A stretch of DNA of 64,000 nucleotides from Candidatus Nomurabacteria bacterium RIFCSPLOWO2_12_FULL_40_42 (lineage in GTDB: Bacteria > Patescibacteriota > Minisyncoccia > Phycocordibacterales > UBA9973). The DNA is taken from contig MFVS01000008.1 of the NCBI GenBank assembly GCA_001786195.1, positions 21,057 to 85,056 on the forward strand, given 5' to 3'. The notes under the pieces were generated by a model that did no database searches, had not been told where the DNA came from, and saw only the letters and a list, made by a program, of their open reading frames with translations. The position numbers were made by a program, and so were the translations under genes. Positions 17,427 to 26,638 of the stretch are shown here, piece after piece (the first letter of the stretch is position 1; every line of letters starts with the position of its first letter).

Positions 17427-19481
17427 TTATATATAAATTGTTTTTATTATGTCTGTTTTACCTTCCTTTTCCAATAAATCTGCCGGAATATCAGAAATGA
17501 ATTCGGACGGAGCGTTGATCTGCCGGGATCCGAAAATTGTGCGAAAATTTGCGAACGACAAAAATAATTTCTCTTTGGCCCGAGTCACAGCCACATAAAA
17601 AAGCCGGCGCTCTTCCTCGCTATCCATATCTATTGTTTCACTGCTTTTCTCATGCGGGAAAAGTCTGTCTTCTAGACCTGTGATAAAAACATACTTAAAC
17701 TCAAGCCCTTTTGAGGCGTGCATGGTCATTAGCTTAACTGCATTCATTTCTTTTTTTCTTTCATTTGTAATCATCAAACTATCTTGATCAGAGGCGAGCG
17801 ATGCATCTTCTAGCAGCTTTTCAGTGCCCTGGCTACCCTCGAGACTGTCATACTTGAGCGCCAATGTGGCCAGCTCTTTTATGTTTTCCAATCTTTCGAT
17901 GCCTTCTTCGCCGTCACTGCCGAGTTCTGCTTCAATCCCGGATTTTTTTACCACGAATTTTATCACTTCGCTGATTTTGGAATTAGAGATTTTTTCTTTT
18001 ATGGCTTCCAGTGTTTTGTAAAAATTATTAATCTTAATTTTCATTTTTATCGGTAAGTTTTCCATATCATTGGCAAAAATTTTAAGCAAAGTAACTTTGC
18101 CGATGTCTCGCGCTGGAAAATTAATTATTCGTTTTATATCCGACAGACTTTGAGGGTTTAAAGCGGCGCGCAGATAGGCCAATGTGTCTTTTATTTCTTT
18201 TCTTTCAAAAAATTTTACACCCAAAACCTGGTATGGAATATTATACCGAAGCATAGCTTCTTCCAGCGCCCGGGATTGAAAGTTGGCGCGATAGAGAATA
18301 GCGATACCGGAAAAAATGCTTTCGGACTCACCACGAAAATTTTCTGCTGAAAATTTTCTCTGTCCGTCGCCGTTCAGAAAATGTGCTCCCAGCACATTTC
18401 TGCTTCCAAGGGTTCGCTCGAAAACATTTTTTCCAGTATCGCAGATCTCCAAAATTTTTGTGGCCACAAAATCAGCCTCATCATTTTCATCCAGCGCTTC
18501 ATATAGGCCGATTTTTTCACCCGTTACATTTTTTGTAAATAGGTTTTTATCCGGCCGATATTTATTTTTTTTGATTACTACATTCGCCGCCTCCAGAATA
18601 TTTTTGGTGGATCGATAATTTTCCTCCAGGAGTATCACTTTCGCTTCCGGATAATCTTTTTTAAAACTCAAAATGTTCTTTAAATTTGCCCCGCGCCAAG
18701 AGTATATATTTTGGTCCGCATCTCCGACCACGCAAATATTCTTATTATTCTCAACGAGCATTTTCGACATCAAATACTGCACCTCATTGGTGTCCTGATA
18801 TTCATCGATGTGGATATATTCCCATCTTTCTTGATAAATTTTCCGAATTTCTTCGTTTTCTTTTAGTAACTTTGTCGATTTGAGTAGCAGATCGTCAAAA
18901 TCCAGCGAATTTTCTTTCAATTTTTTCTTTTCATACAAATTCCAAACTTGCGTCACTATCTCGCCGTACACCCCCTTTTCTCGTTCAGAATAATCTGCTA
19001 AATGCACGAATTTTCCTTTTTCTCGCGAGATAATATTTTTTATTTTCTTTGGATCATATTGCTTTGGGTCTATGCCGAGTTCTTTTTGGATCTCTTTGAT
19101 GAGGGTTGTCGCGTCACGTTCGTCGAGAATCGTGAAATACTTCGTCAGCCCCAAAAGTCTTGCATTCTCTTTTATAATACAAACTCCGAGCGAATGAAAA
19201 GTACTGACAAATGGAATGCTATTTTGACCCGAAATAATTTCTTTGACATTTTTTTCTATTTCATAAATTATTCTTTCGCGCATTTCCTTGGCCGCTTTAT
19301 TAGTAAAGGTAACGGCTAAAATGCGCTCCGGAGCGACTCCTTGCTTTATCAGATTCACTATTCGATGCGTTATCGTCTTGGTTTTCCCCGCGCCTGCTCC
19401 GGCAACGATCAAAAGTGGACCATGCACATGAACCGCGGCTTCTTTTTGCGCTGTATTTAGCTCTTTGAGATGATTTTCCAT
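17427..19481 (-). CDS. pcrA: ATP-dependent DNA helicase PcrA/UvrD
   Basis: LNTAQKEAAVHVHGPLLIVAGAGAGKTKTITHRIV (motif I), TFH, DEYQDTN and the remaining SF1 motifs. Contains a palindromic in-frame segment at 18375-18402. Confidence 0.9.
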   Translation of the reverse strand: MENHLKELNTAQKEAAVHVHGPLLIVAGAGAGKTKTITHRIVNLIKQGVAPERILAVTFTNKAAKEMRERIIYEIEKNVKEIISGQNSIPFVSTFHSLGVCIIKENARLLGLTKYFTILDERDATTLIKEIQKELGIDPKQYDPKKIKNIISREKGKFVHLADYSEREKGVYGEIVTQVWNLYEKKKLKENSLDFDDLLLKSTKLLKENEEIRKIYQERWEYIHIDEYQDTNEVQYLMSKMLVENNKNICVVGDADQNIYSWRGANLKNILSFKKDYPEAKVILLEENYRSTKNILEAANVVIKKNKYRPDKNLFTKNVTGEKIGLYEALDENDEADFVATKILEICDTGKNVFERTLGSRNVLGAHFLNGDGQRKFSAENFRGESESIFSGIAILYRANFQSRALEEAMLRYNIPYQVLGVKFFERKEIKDTLAYLRAALNPQSLSDIKRIINFPARDIGKVTLLKIFANDMENLPIKMKIKINNFYKTLEAIKEKISNSKISEVIKFVVKKSGIEAELGSDGEEGIERLENIKELATLALKYDSLEGSQGTEKLLEDASLASDQDSLMITNERKKEMNAVKLMTMHASKGLEFKYVFITGLEDRLFPHEKSSETIDMDSEEERRLFYVAVTRAKEKLFLSFANFRTIFGSRQINAPSEFISDIPADLLEKEGKTDIIKTIYI

Positions 19482-19720
19482 TTACCCATGTTAGCATACA
19501 AATATTTTGTCCAATTTTGGCCCAAAATCAGTTATCCACACCCCTATTGACCTTGGTTGACTTTTACCTCTTTTTGGACTACTCTATGAACCATAGCTCT
19601 GAAGAGAGGTATGGTGCAAGTTGACCGAACGCTAGAGATGATAGTAACCATCGTGAGAACCTTTTGTTTGCAGTACTATTTGGTCGTCCTGTAATTCTAC
19701 CCTTATTTTTCAATGCATAA

Positions 19721-20869
19721 TTGGGGTCGGAAAGGCAATCTCTCGGTATTTCGTTTGTTTTTATAAAACCTAAACTCAAAATTTTAATCTCCGCCCCATT
19801 TTTGCCCTTATTTTTAGGACTTTTTTGGTTGTTAGCTATATCTACCCAGGCGGAAGCCGGATTCCCCTCTTCTATTTTTTTGGGCCCGGATGCTAATGCG
19901 CAGGTAAACTTAGATTCGGCTCAATCCAGTAAAAACCTCCAGCTCAATTCGCAAACCATGGATCTTCTTCGGGCCAATGTTTCTTCCGCCTCCATTCTGG
20001 AAAATAAAAACGATAAAAAGGGGGATAACAAAGATCAAATAGATCCAAGTGCCAACATAAATATTGTTTCTGATACCGCTATGCTTCCGGCGACCGGACC
20101 AATGGGCGTATCAGGCGGCAGGGACGTTCCTGATACCTCTTCTCTAGAAACTAGTGTGTATGTAATAAGAAAGGGTGACACTTTGTCTAGTATTGCCGAG
20201 ATGTTTGGAGTTTCGGTAGATACCATTTTGTCCGCTAACGATATGAATAAAGGAGACAAGTTAAAAGAAGGTGACACATTACTAATTTTGCCTTTTGATG
20301 CGGTGGAACATCCTGTCGCAAAAGGTGAAACTTTGAATGGAATAGCCATTAAATATAAAGTTGATCTGGAAGATATTTTAGATGCTAATAATATTGATGC
20401 AAATACAAAGCTTGTTGTTGGTGAAAGATTGATAATTCCTGGGGCGGAAATGCTAAGTGAAAATGCTCCAAGATCGGTAAATCCGAGCGTAACGCGCGGC
20501 GGGTCTCAAATTTACACCGTAGCTCCAGGATACTTTGTAAATCCAGTTCCAGGAGCTAGGAGAACTAGAGGAATTACCAAAGCGCACAACGGAGTGGATT
20601 TGGCTGCGCCGAAAGGGACTCCGATTCTTGCGGCTGCTTCCGGGACGGTTGTTATTGCTAGAAATGGTTATAATGGTGGTTTCGGAAATTATGTTGTAAT
20701 TCAGCACCCCAACGGTACAAAAACTCTCTATGCTCACATGTCTAAACTAGGAACTACTCCCGGTGCGCAAGTTTCCCAAGGAGAAATGATTGGTCGTGTT
20801 GGGAACACCGGTCGTTCTCGGGGAGATCATGCACATGTTGAAGTGTTGGGAGGCAAAAATCCTTTATAA
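19721..20869 (+). CDS. LysM-domain M23 family peptidase
   Basis: Two LysM repeats (YVIRKGDTLSSIAEMFGVSVDTIL; HPVAKGETLNGIAIKYKVDLEDIL). M23 motifs HNGVDLAAPKGTPILAAASGTV and HAHVEV. Start codon uncertain. Confidence 0.85.
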   Translation: MGSERQSLGISFVFIKPKLKILISAPFLPLFLGLFWLLAISTQAEAGFPSSIFLGPDANAQVNLDSAQSSKNLQLNSQTMDLLRANVSSASILENKNDKKGDNKDQIDPSANINIVSDTAMLPATGPMGVSGGRDVPDTSSLETSVYVIRKGDTLSSIAEMFGVSVDTILSANDMNKGDKLKEGDTLLILPFDAVEHPVAKGETLNGIAIKYKVDLEDILDANNIDANTKLVVGERLIIPGAEMLSENAPRSVNPSVTRGGSQIYTVAPGYFVNPVPGARRTRGITKAHNGVDLAAPKGTPILAAASGTVVIARNGYNGGFGNYVVIQHPNGTKTLYAHMSKLGTTPGAQVSQGEMIGRVGNTGRSRGDHAHVEVLGGKNPL

Positions 20870-20870
20870 T

Positions 20871-21620
20871 TTACTCCAAATAAGTTAAAGCGACCATCAC
20901 GCTAACACCAACCACGACTGCCACTATTTGCAACAGAGAATATTTTATTTCTTTTGTTTTATGAAGTTCAGGTATCAAGTCTGCCACGGCAACATAGATA
21001 AATCCTCCAGCGGCAATTGGCAAAAACCAAGAGGTTGAAGTTTCAGCTATGTTGCCTAAGGCAAAAAATATGATAGCACCAAGGACCGCGGCTAAGGCAG
21101 ATAAAAAATTAAGCCATAGCGCGCGGGCTTTTGTGTATCCAGAATGTATAAGCACTGCAAAGTCCCCTATCTCTTGCGGGATTTCGTGTAAAAGTACCGC
21201 TAGGGTGGTAGCTATTCCTATTGGCACGCTTACCAAAAAACTTGCTCCAATAATTATTCCGTCCATAAAGTTGTGCACTCCGTCAGAAAATAAAATTAAT
21301 TTACCCATCGGATGAAGGTGATTTTGTGCTGTATCATCTTCATGATGGTGCCAGTGTAGAAATTTTTCCACAATAAAAAAGAAAAGAATGCCGCCAATCA
21401 CCAAAATACTAGTCAGGGTTGTGTTTGCCGACTCTGCTATGGCTTCGGGTATTATATGGATGAAAGCGTCTCCGAGAAGAGCTCCTACCGCTAAACTTAT
21501 AAGCAAAAAAATGTATTTTTTCAGGATCTCTTCTCTTAAGCTCAGAGTAAAAATCCCCACAAATGAAATCAAACTTACCACCAGAACGCTTATGAATGTG
21601 TATAAATATGCTGTTGTCAT
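20871..21620 (-). CDS. zupT: ZIP-family metal transporter
   Basis: HNFMDGIIIGASF and LLHEIPQEIGDFAVL ZIP signatures, 8 TM helices. Confidence 0.8.
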   Translation of the reverse strand: MTTAYLYTFISVLVVSLISFVGIFTLSLREEILKKYIFLLISLAVGALLGDAFIHIIPEAIAESANTTLTSILVIGGILFFFIVEKFLHWHHHEDDTAQNHLHPMGKLILFSDGVHNFMDGIIIGASFLVSVPIGIATTLAVLLHEIPQEIGDFAVLIHSGYTKARALWLNFLSALAAVLGAIIFFALGNIAETSTSWFLPIAAGGFIYVAVADLIPELHKTKEIKYSLLQIVAVVVGVSVMVALTYLE

Positions 21621-21621
21621 G

Positions 21622-21692
21622 TGCGGGATGGGAGAATCGAACTCCCAACATCTGTTTGGAAAACAGAAATTTTACCATTAAACTAATCCCGC
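21622..21692 (-). tRNA. tRNA-Gly(UCC)
   Basis: Reverse complement GCGGGATTAGTTTAATGGTAAAATTTCTGTTTTCCAAACAGATGTTGGGAGTTCGATTCTCCCATCCCGCA folds as a cloverleaf. Anticodon loop TTTCCAA gives anticodon UCC. T-loop TTCGATT. No encoded CCA. Confidence 0.8.
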
Positions 21693-21702
21693 CTCGCATC
21701 AT

Positions 21703-21773
21703 TCGGGCTGCTGGGAGTCGAACCCAGCCTAAATGCTCCCAAAGCACTTGTACAACCGATATACTACAGCCCG
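21703..21773 (-). tRNA. tRNA-Pro(UGG)
   Basis: Reverse complement CGGGCTGTAGTATATCGGTTGTACAAGTGCTTTGGGAGCATTTAGGCTGGGTTCGACTCCCAGCAGCCCGA. Anticodon loop TTTGGGA gives UGG with G37. 7-bp acceptor stem and canonical T-arm. No encoded CCA. Confidence 0.8.
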
Positions 21774-21844
21774 CTTTACTTTAGACCAATCTAATATATC
21801 ATGGTTCTATTTTATTCACCATGACCCTGAGCCTGTCGAACGGG

Positions 21845-22249
21845 TCATAAAATTATATCTTTTACTACTTTTATTTTTGCGCTTCTGTCCTTTAAACTCA
21901 AAAACACCACTAGTAGATCTACTTGCCATTCTTCATCCAGATGTTTCGACAAAATATAAGTTTGAATCGCTCGAGCTAGCCTTTTTAGTTTCCATGGATG
22001 CATATTGTCCTCGGGATGATATTGATCTAAGGTTTCACGATTAACATTCTCCAATGTCTCCCGAGAAACACTTTTTACTTCAATAAAATATATCTTGTTA
22101 TCTTTTTCAGCGACAATATCTATTTCACCCCATTTTTTTGTGTAATTTCTTTCTCTTATTAAAAAGCCGTGTTTCACAAGAAACTTTACTGCTACATTTT
22201 CGCCTATCTCTCCTATTTTTTGTTTTTCTGAAGTGAAAACTTTTGGCAT
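21845..22249 (-). CDS. yraN: YraN/UPF0102-family endonuclease
   Basis: GEIGENVAVKFLVKHGFLIRERNYTKKWGEIDIVAEKDNKIYFIEVKS is the typical YraN PD-(D/E)xK core. Confidence 0.75.
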   Translation of the reverse strand: MPKVFTSEKQKIGEIGENVAVKFLVKHGFLIRERNYTKKWGEIDIVAEKDNKIYFIEVKSVSRETLENVNRETLDQYHPEDNMHPWKLKRLARAIQTYILSKHLDEEWQVDLLVVFLSLKDRSAKIKVVKDIIL

Positions 22250-22477
22250 GGCATTGTGAGTTTCACGAATAACATTCTAAATATGTTTCACATGAAACGT
22301 TTTTATTAAATTTTGTGTCTTTTATATAAATATCCTTATTTATCAACATATTTTGAATAAAATTGTTTTAAAAGACAATCTTCCACTATGTCCTTTATGA
22401 ACATTACTAACATAGTTATCCACAGTTTTTAACAAAAGCTTTATGTAATAAAGGTTTCACTAAAGGACATTATTTTG

Positions 22478-22549
22478 TGCGGCCAAGGAGAATCGAACTC
22501 CTATCTCAACCTTGGCAAGGTCGTGTTATAGCCATTAAACCATGGCCGC
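22478..22549 (-). tRNA. tRNA-Gly(GCC)
   Basis: Reverse complement GCGGCCATGGTTTAATGGCTATAACACGACCTTGCCAAGGTTGAGATAGGAGTTCGATTCTCCTTGGCCGCA. Anticodon loop TTGCCAA gives GCC. No encoded CCA. Confidence 0.8.
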
Positions 22550-22680
22550 AAATTAGTATACGATTCAAAAAAATCAAAATTATTTTTTACATTTTCATTA
22601 TAGTATTTTATTGGAAGTTATGCAATATTTACTTCGGAATTTAATTGTTTTCCGAAGTTTATTGTGTTACAATTAGTGTA

Positions 22681-23208
22681 ATGAAAAAATGTACTAAATG
22701 TAAGAAAGAAAAACCAGCTAATGAATTTAACTTCAAAATAAAGTCTTTAGGATTGCGGCAAGGTCAATGTAAAGAATGCACTAGGTTATTTGTAAAAAAT
22801 CATTATAATAAGAACAAGAGTTATTATTTGAAAAAAGCAAGGAAAAGAAATACCAAACTAGAGTTAGAATTGCTTGAGTATCTTAAAGATTATTTTTTAA
22901 AACATCCTTGCATAGATTGTGGAGAGTCTGATATAACAGTTTTGGAATTTGATCATATGGGGAAAGTCCCAAAATTTAAGGCGGTTTCTTATCTGATGAA
23001 ACATCGCTATAAATTAGAAAAAATCATAGACGAAATTAATAAGTGTGAAGTTAGATGTGCTAATTGTCATAGGAGGAAAACGGCTAAACAATTTAAGTGG
23101 TTAAAAAGTAATAATGCGCTCGTAGCTCAACGGATAGAGCACTTGTCTTCGGAACAAGGGGTTGTGGGTTCGATTCCCTCCGAGCGCACAAAAATAAGGA
23201 TAATATGA
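22681..23208 (+). CDS. HNH endonuclease-like protein; ORF reads through tRNA-Arg
   Basis: N-terminal CxxC...CxxC zinc ribbon, then LEFDHMGKVPKF...VRCANCHRRKT (HNH motif). The frame has no stop until 23208 and runs over the tRNA-Arg gene at 23116-23188, so the true C-terminus is unclear. Confidence 0.55.
   Translation: MKKCTKCKKEKPANEFNFKIKSLGLRQGQCKECTRLFVKNHYNKNKSYYLKKARKRNTKLELELLEYLKDYFLKHPCIDCGESDITVLEFDHMGKVPKFKAVSYLMKHRYKLEKIIDEINKCEVRCANCHRRKTAKQFKWLKSNNALVAQRIEHLSSEQGVVGSIPSERTKIRII
23116..23188 (+). tRNA. tRNA-Arg(UCG)
   Basis: GCGCTCGTAGCTCAACGGATAGAGCACTTGTCTTCGGAACAAGGGGTTGTGGGTTCGATTCCCTCCGAGCGCA. Anticodon loop CTTCGGA gives UCG. One T·T mismatch in the T-stem. No encoded CCA. 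Confidence 0.75.
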
Positions 23209-24842
23209 AGGATGCACTCAAAAATTTAATATCAAAAATCCCTAAAGAAGTTTCACATGTAACTGACGCGCTCGAAAAAGCTGGTTTTGAGGCATATTTG
23301 GTTGGTGGATGTGTTAGAGATCTAGTGATGGGCAGGGAACCCAAAGACTGGGATGTGACAACTAATGCTAAACCAGAACAAATAATGGAACTTTTTGAGA
23401 AGACCGTATATGAAAATACCTTTGGAACAGTAGCAGTATGTGTTCCATATGAAACACAAGACAATAATGTTTCACAAGAAACAAATTTGAATAACGTTAT
23501 TCGTGAAACGTCGAAATACAAGATAATTGAAGTGACTCCTTACAGAATTGAGGCAAAATATAGCGATCTTAGACATCCCGATGAGGTAAAATTTAGTAAT
23601 AAACTCGAAGATGATCTTCAGAGACGTGACTTTTCCATAAACGCCATGGTTTTAAACCCTAAAGGACACCTAACGGACATGTTTGGAGGTATAAAGGACA
23701 TAGAATCTAAAACATTAAGGATAGTAGGGAAGCCCGAAGATCGTTTTCGGGAAGATGCGCTTCGAATGTTGCGAGCAGTACGCTTTGCTTGCCAACTTGA
23801 TTTTTTTGTGTCATATGAAACAACTGAAAGTATTTTAAAAAATGCAGATTTAATAAAAAAAATATCCTTTGAAAGAATCCGGGATGAGTTTGAAAAAATA
23901 ATAACTAGTGCCAATCCTTCTTCTGGGTTGGTGATGCTTCAGAAATTTGGCTTGTTGAAAAATATTATTCCAGAATTAGAGGAGGGGATAGGTTGCGAAC
24001 AATTAGGAGAGCATATTTATGACGTTTGGGATCATTTACTGCATGCCCTCCAGCATGCCGCCGACAAGAATTGGTCTTTAGAAATAAGGCTGGCAGCACT
24101 TTTTCACGATATTGGTAAGTCAAAGACTAGACGATTAGCAACGCCTTCCCCGACGAAAAATTCTGGCGCCTTCGCCCTCGGAGACAAGAGGACAGGGGAC
24201 CCACGACGCATAGAATTTTTGTCGGGGCAGGCATCCATCTCAACCAAGAAGAAATACACTTTCTACGGGCATGAAGTAGTTGGCGCGCGAATGGCGAGAA
24301 AAATAATGGAGCGGTTAAAATTTCCCAAAAAAGAAATTGAATTGGTGGAAAAATTGGTTCGCAACCATATGTTCTTCTCGGATACTGAATTGATCACGCT
24401 CTCTGCGGTACGAAGAATTATTGTAAAAGTTGGTCAAGAAAATATCTGGGCCTTGATGAATGTGCGTGAGTGCGATCGAGTCGGAATGAAGAAAAAAGAA
24501 GCGCCGTACCGCTTGCGAAAATATTTTGCCATGATCGAAGAGGCCTTGCGAGACCCGATTTCTGTCGGGCAGTTAAAAATTGATGGGGAATTTATGATTA
24601 AAGAGCTTGGGATCAAGCCGGGACCTCGAATGGGGTGGATTTTGAGTGCCTTACTGGAAGAAGTATTGAACACTCCCAATAGAAACACCGTAGAAGAATT
24701 GTCTAAATTGGTTGAATCTCTAAATCTGCTCGGCGATAAAGAACTCAAAGCTCTCGGTGACAAAGGAAAAGAAAAAAAAGAAGAGCTCGAAGAAGAAGAA
24801 ATTGCCAAACTGCACCAAAAGCATGGAGTAAGAATAAATTAG
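23205..24842 (+). CDS. cca: CCA-adding tRNA nucleotidyltransferase with HD domain
   Basis: LVGGCVRDLVMGREPKDWDVTTNAKPEQIMELF polymerase head. HD motif HLLHALQHAADKNWSLEIRLAALFHDIGK. Contains an 80-bp inverted-repeat-flanked insert 24148-24227 inside the HD domain. Confidence 0.85.
   Translation: MKDALKNLISKIPKEVSHVTDALEKAGFEAYLVGGCVRDLVMGREPKDWDVTTNAKPEQIMELFEKTVYENTFGTVAVCVPYETQDNNVSQETNLNNVIRETSKYKIIEVTPYRIEAKYSDLRHPDEVKFSNKLEDDLQRRDFSINAMVLNPKGHLTDMFGGIKDIESKTLRIVGKPEDRFREDALRMLRAVRFACQLDFFVSYETTESILKNADLIKKISFERIRDEFEKIITSANPSSGLVMLQKFGLLKNIIPELEEGIGCEQLGEHIYDVWDHLLHALQHAADKNWSLEIRLAALFHDIGKSKTRRLATPSPTKNSGAFALGDKRTGDPRRIEFLSGQASISTKKKYTFYGHEVVGARMARKIMERLKFPKKEIELVEKLVRNHMFFSDTELITLSAVRRIIVKVGQENIWALMNVRECDRVGMKKKEAPYRLRKYFAMIEEALRDPISVGQLKIDGEFMIKELGIKPGPRMGWILSALLEEVLNTPNRNTVEELSKLVESLNLLGDKELKALGDKGKEKKEELEEEEIAKLHQKHGVRIN
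24148..24227. repeat. 80-bp inverted-repeat-flanked GC-rich in-frame insert in the cca HD domain
   Basis: CCCCGACGAAAAATTCT ... AGAATTTTTGTCGGGG terminal inverted repeats. Encodes RRLATPSPTKNSGAFALGDKRTGDPRRIEFLSGQ. Confidence 0.5.
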
Positions 24843-24880
24843 ATTTCAGCAATAAGAAGCGGTCGCGTACTATTGCTAAA

Positions 24881-26590
24881 TTAGTATACCTCTCGCTGAT
24901 AGCAAGTCTCGCAGTAAACTGTTTCGGGACGATCGGGGGAGTAGGAAGACATTATTTCTTTTCCACATTTGGCGCAGTTACGATTCCAAAGTTTTTGGGG
25001 ATTGCGGGATTCCATGCGCTTGCCATGGCGGCAATTAGGGCAAAGGATTGGCAAGGGGATACTGTGTTTTTTATAAAAAATCAGTTCTTCTTTGGTTATG
25101 CGAAAAGCGGTAGTGCATTGATGTCTGCATTTTCCATTATCAAAGCAAGCGATAATTTCATTAGTAATTGTGTCCGGAACATCATTTATTGAATTCGGGA
25201 CATTTACTGGGATAAGAGTCGGCGTATAGGACCGATGAATGTCTTTTTTCCATTTGAATCCGAGGCCCCGCGCCTCCTTGTCTGTTAGGGGATAATATTT
25301 TCCGGCTATGCTTTCGTTGTAAGAAGTAGAACATAATTCATTTGGGAAAAATTCTCCATATTTATAAATAATTTCTCTGGCGTCAACATATGGCAAGTCA
25401 GACATATCTTTTTTAATTTGTTCCGTTAGATTTTGGTACTCTTCTTTACTGTATGCCCTATTGAGAATCATATATTCTCCGCTTCGAACACCGACGCAAC
25501 CAAACAAATTGGACGAGCTTTGGCAAAAAGCGGTATATTCGCAGTCATGGGAAGAGTCAGTCAGAAAAACAAATTTACAATTGCGAATGTCTTCGGGGCT
25601 GATGGCCTCGTAGATGAGCTCGCTACCGCCCATGCCGAAGCAGTCGGAGATATCCTTGCTTCCAAATACCCAAGAGCTATATCTGGCTTTCTCTAAGTCC
25701 CATCCGTCAAAAACATAGTAGCAATCTTTGGAATTTTCCAAATGATCGCCTACGCAATTTACACATTTTATCTGTTCTGTATTTTTGACGATTGATTTTG
25801 ATTTTATTTCATTAAATTTCTTATCGATTTTATCCCGAACGCTTCTCTGGTCGAGTTTCAGGTTATCAATCTTCGCAAGATATGCTTCTTTTGAGAGTTG
25901 TTCTCCGAAGAAAATATTTTTTCCAGAACGCAAATTTACAACCCCAAAAACATTCTCGCAGTTGCGGCAGGCAAATGCGTAATTTGAATCAACCATGCCA
26001 ACGCACTCTTGCAGATACGAACTATTGTAATTTTTACCAGCATTTATTGTTTCGTAGCACTGTTCCGAATCGAGAACATAAGAACTATCCAAGGTTTGCC
26101 TGCAATTTTTGGCATATTGCAGGTAGGCTACATCTTCGCAGTCGCGCAAAGCAAAAGAAAGATACGCATTTTTATTAAAATAAGACTGATTGGTATATTC
26201 CGAATTTTTACAGCCGACAGTCCATATTCCCATTCGTGGCACTGTATCAAGTAGTTTTTTTATTTGAGTGAAAAAAGGAGCAGATCTATCGTATTTGAAA
26301 CCAAATGATTTGGGATCCCACTTGTCGGATAAATAACATTCGCGACAATAGACAGGGAAAGGAGTATCCTTGTCATAAATAAAAATAAAATCTTTCTTGC
26401 ATAAATCACAGGGGCGTTTGTAAAGATTACGTTCATTGCGCCAAATAAATCTCCTTTGCGCCCGGCAGTCCGGGCAGAAAGATGGCGCTGGAACTTTAAT
26501 CTTTTCGTAAAAATTTAAGTCTTCTTGCTCGATTTCAAATTTCTTCTTACAGTTTTGACAGGTTTTATTTTCCACAAACAAATTATACAC
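24881..26590 (-). CDS. Cys-rich protein with homologous N- and C-terminal tandem zinc-ribbon modules
   Basis: 569 aa. The N-terminus (CQNCKKKFEIEQEDLNFYEKIKVPAPSFCPDCRAQRR...CDLCKKDF...YCRECY) and C-terminus (CRHQC...EELIFYKKHSIPLPILCPNCRHGKR...CAKCGKEI...YCETCY) share the same pattern. More CxxC pairs lie in the central region. Confidence 0.5.
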   Translation of the reverse strand: MYNLFVENKTCQNCKKKFEIEQEDLNFYEKIKVPAPSFCPDCRAQRRFIWRNERNLYKRPCDLCKKDFIFIYDKDTPFPVYCRECYLSDKWDPKSFGFKYDRSAPFFTQIKKLLDTVPRMGIWTVGCKNSEYTNQSYFNKNAYLSFALRDCEDVAYLQYAKNCRQTLDSSYVLDSEQCYETINAGKNYNSSYLQECVGMVDSNYAFACRNCENVFGVVNLRSGKNIFFGEQLSKEAYLAKIDNLKLDQRSVRDKIDKKFNEIKSKSIVKNTEQIKCVNCVGDHLENSKDCYYVFDGWDLEKARYSSWVFGSKDISDCFGMGGSELIYEAISPEDIRNCKFVFLTDSSHDCEYTAFCQSSSNLFGCVGVRSGEYMILNRAYSKEEYQNLTEQIKKDMSDLPYVDAREIIYKYGEFFPNELCSTSYNESIAGKYYPLTDKEARGLGFKWKKDIHRSYTPTLIPVNVPNSINDVPDTITNEIIACFDNGKCRHQCTTAFRITKEELIFYKKHSIPLPILCPNCRHGKRMESRNPQKLWNRNCAKCGKEIMSSYSPDRPETVYCETCYQREVY

Positions 26591-26638
26591 CTAAGACATA
26601 AACTTTCAATTTTTTTAGAAATATTGTATTATTGTAAG

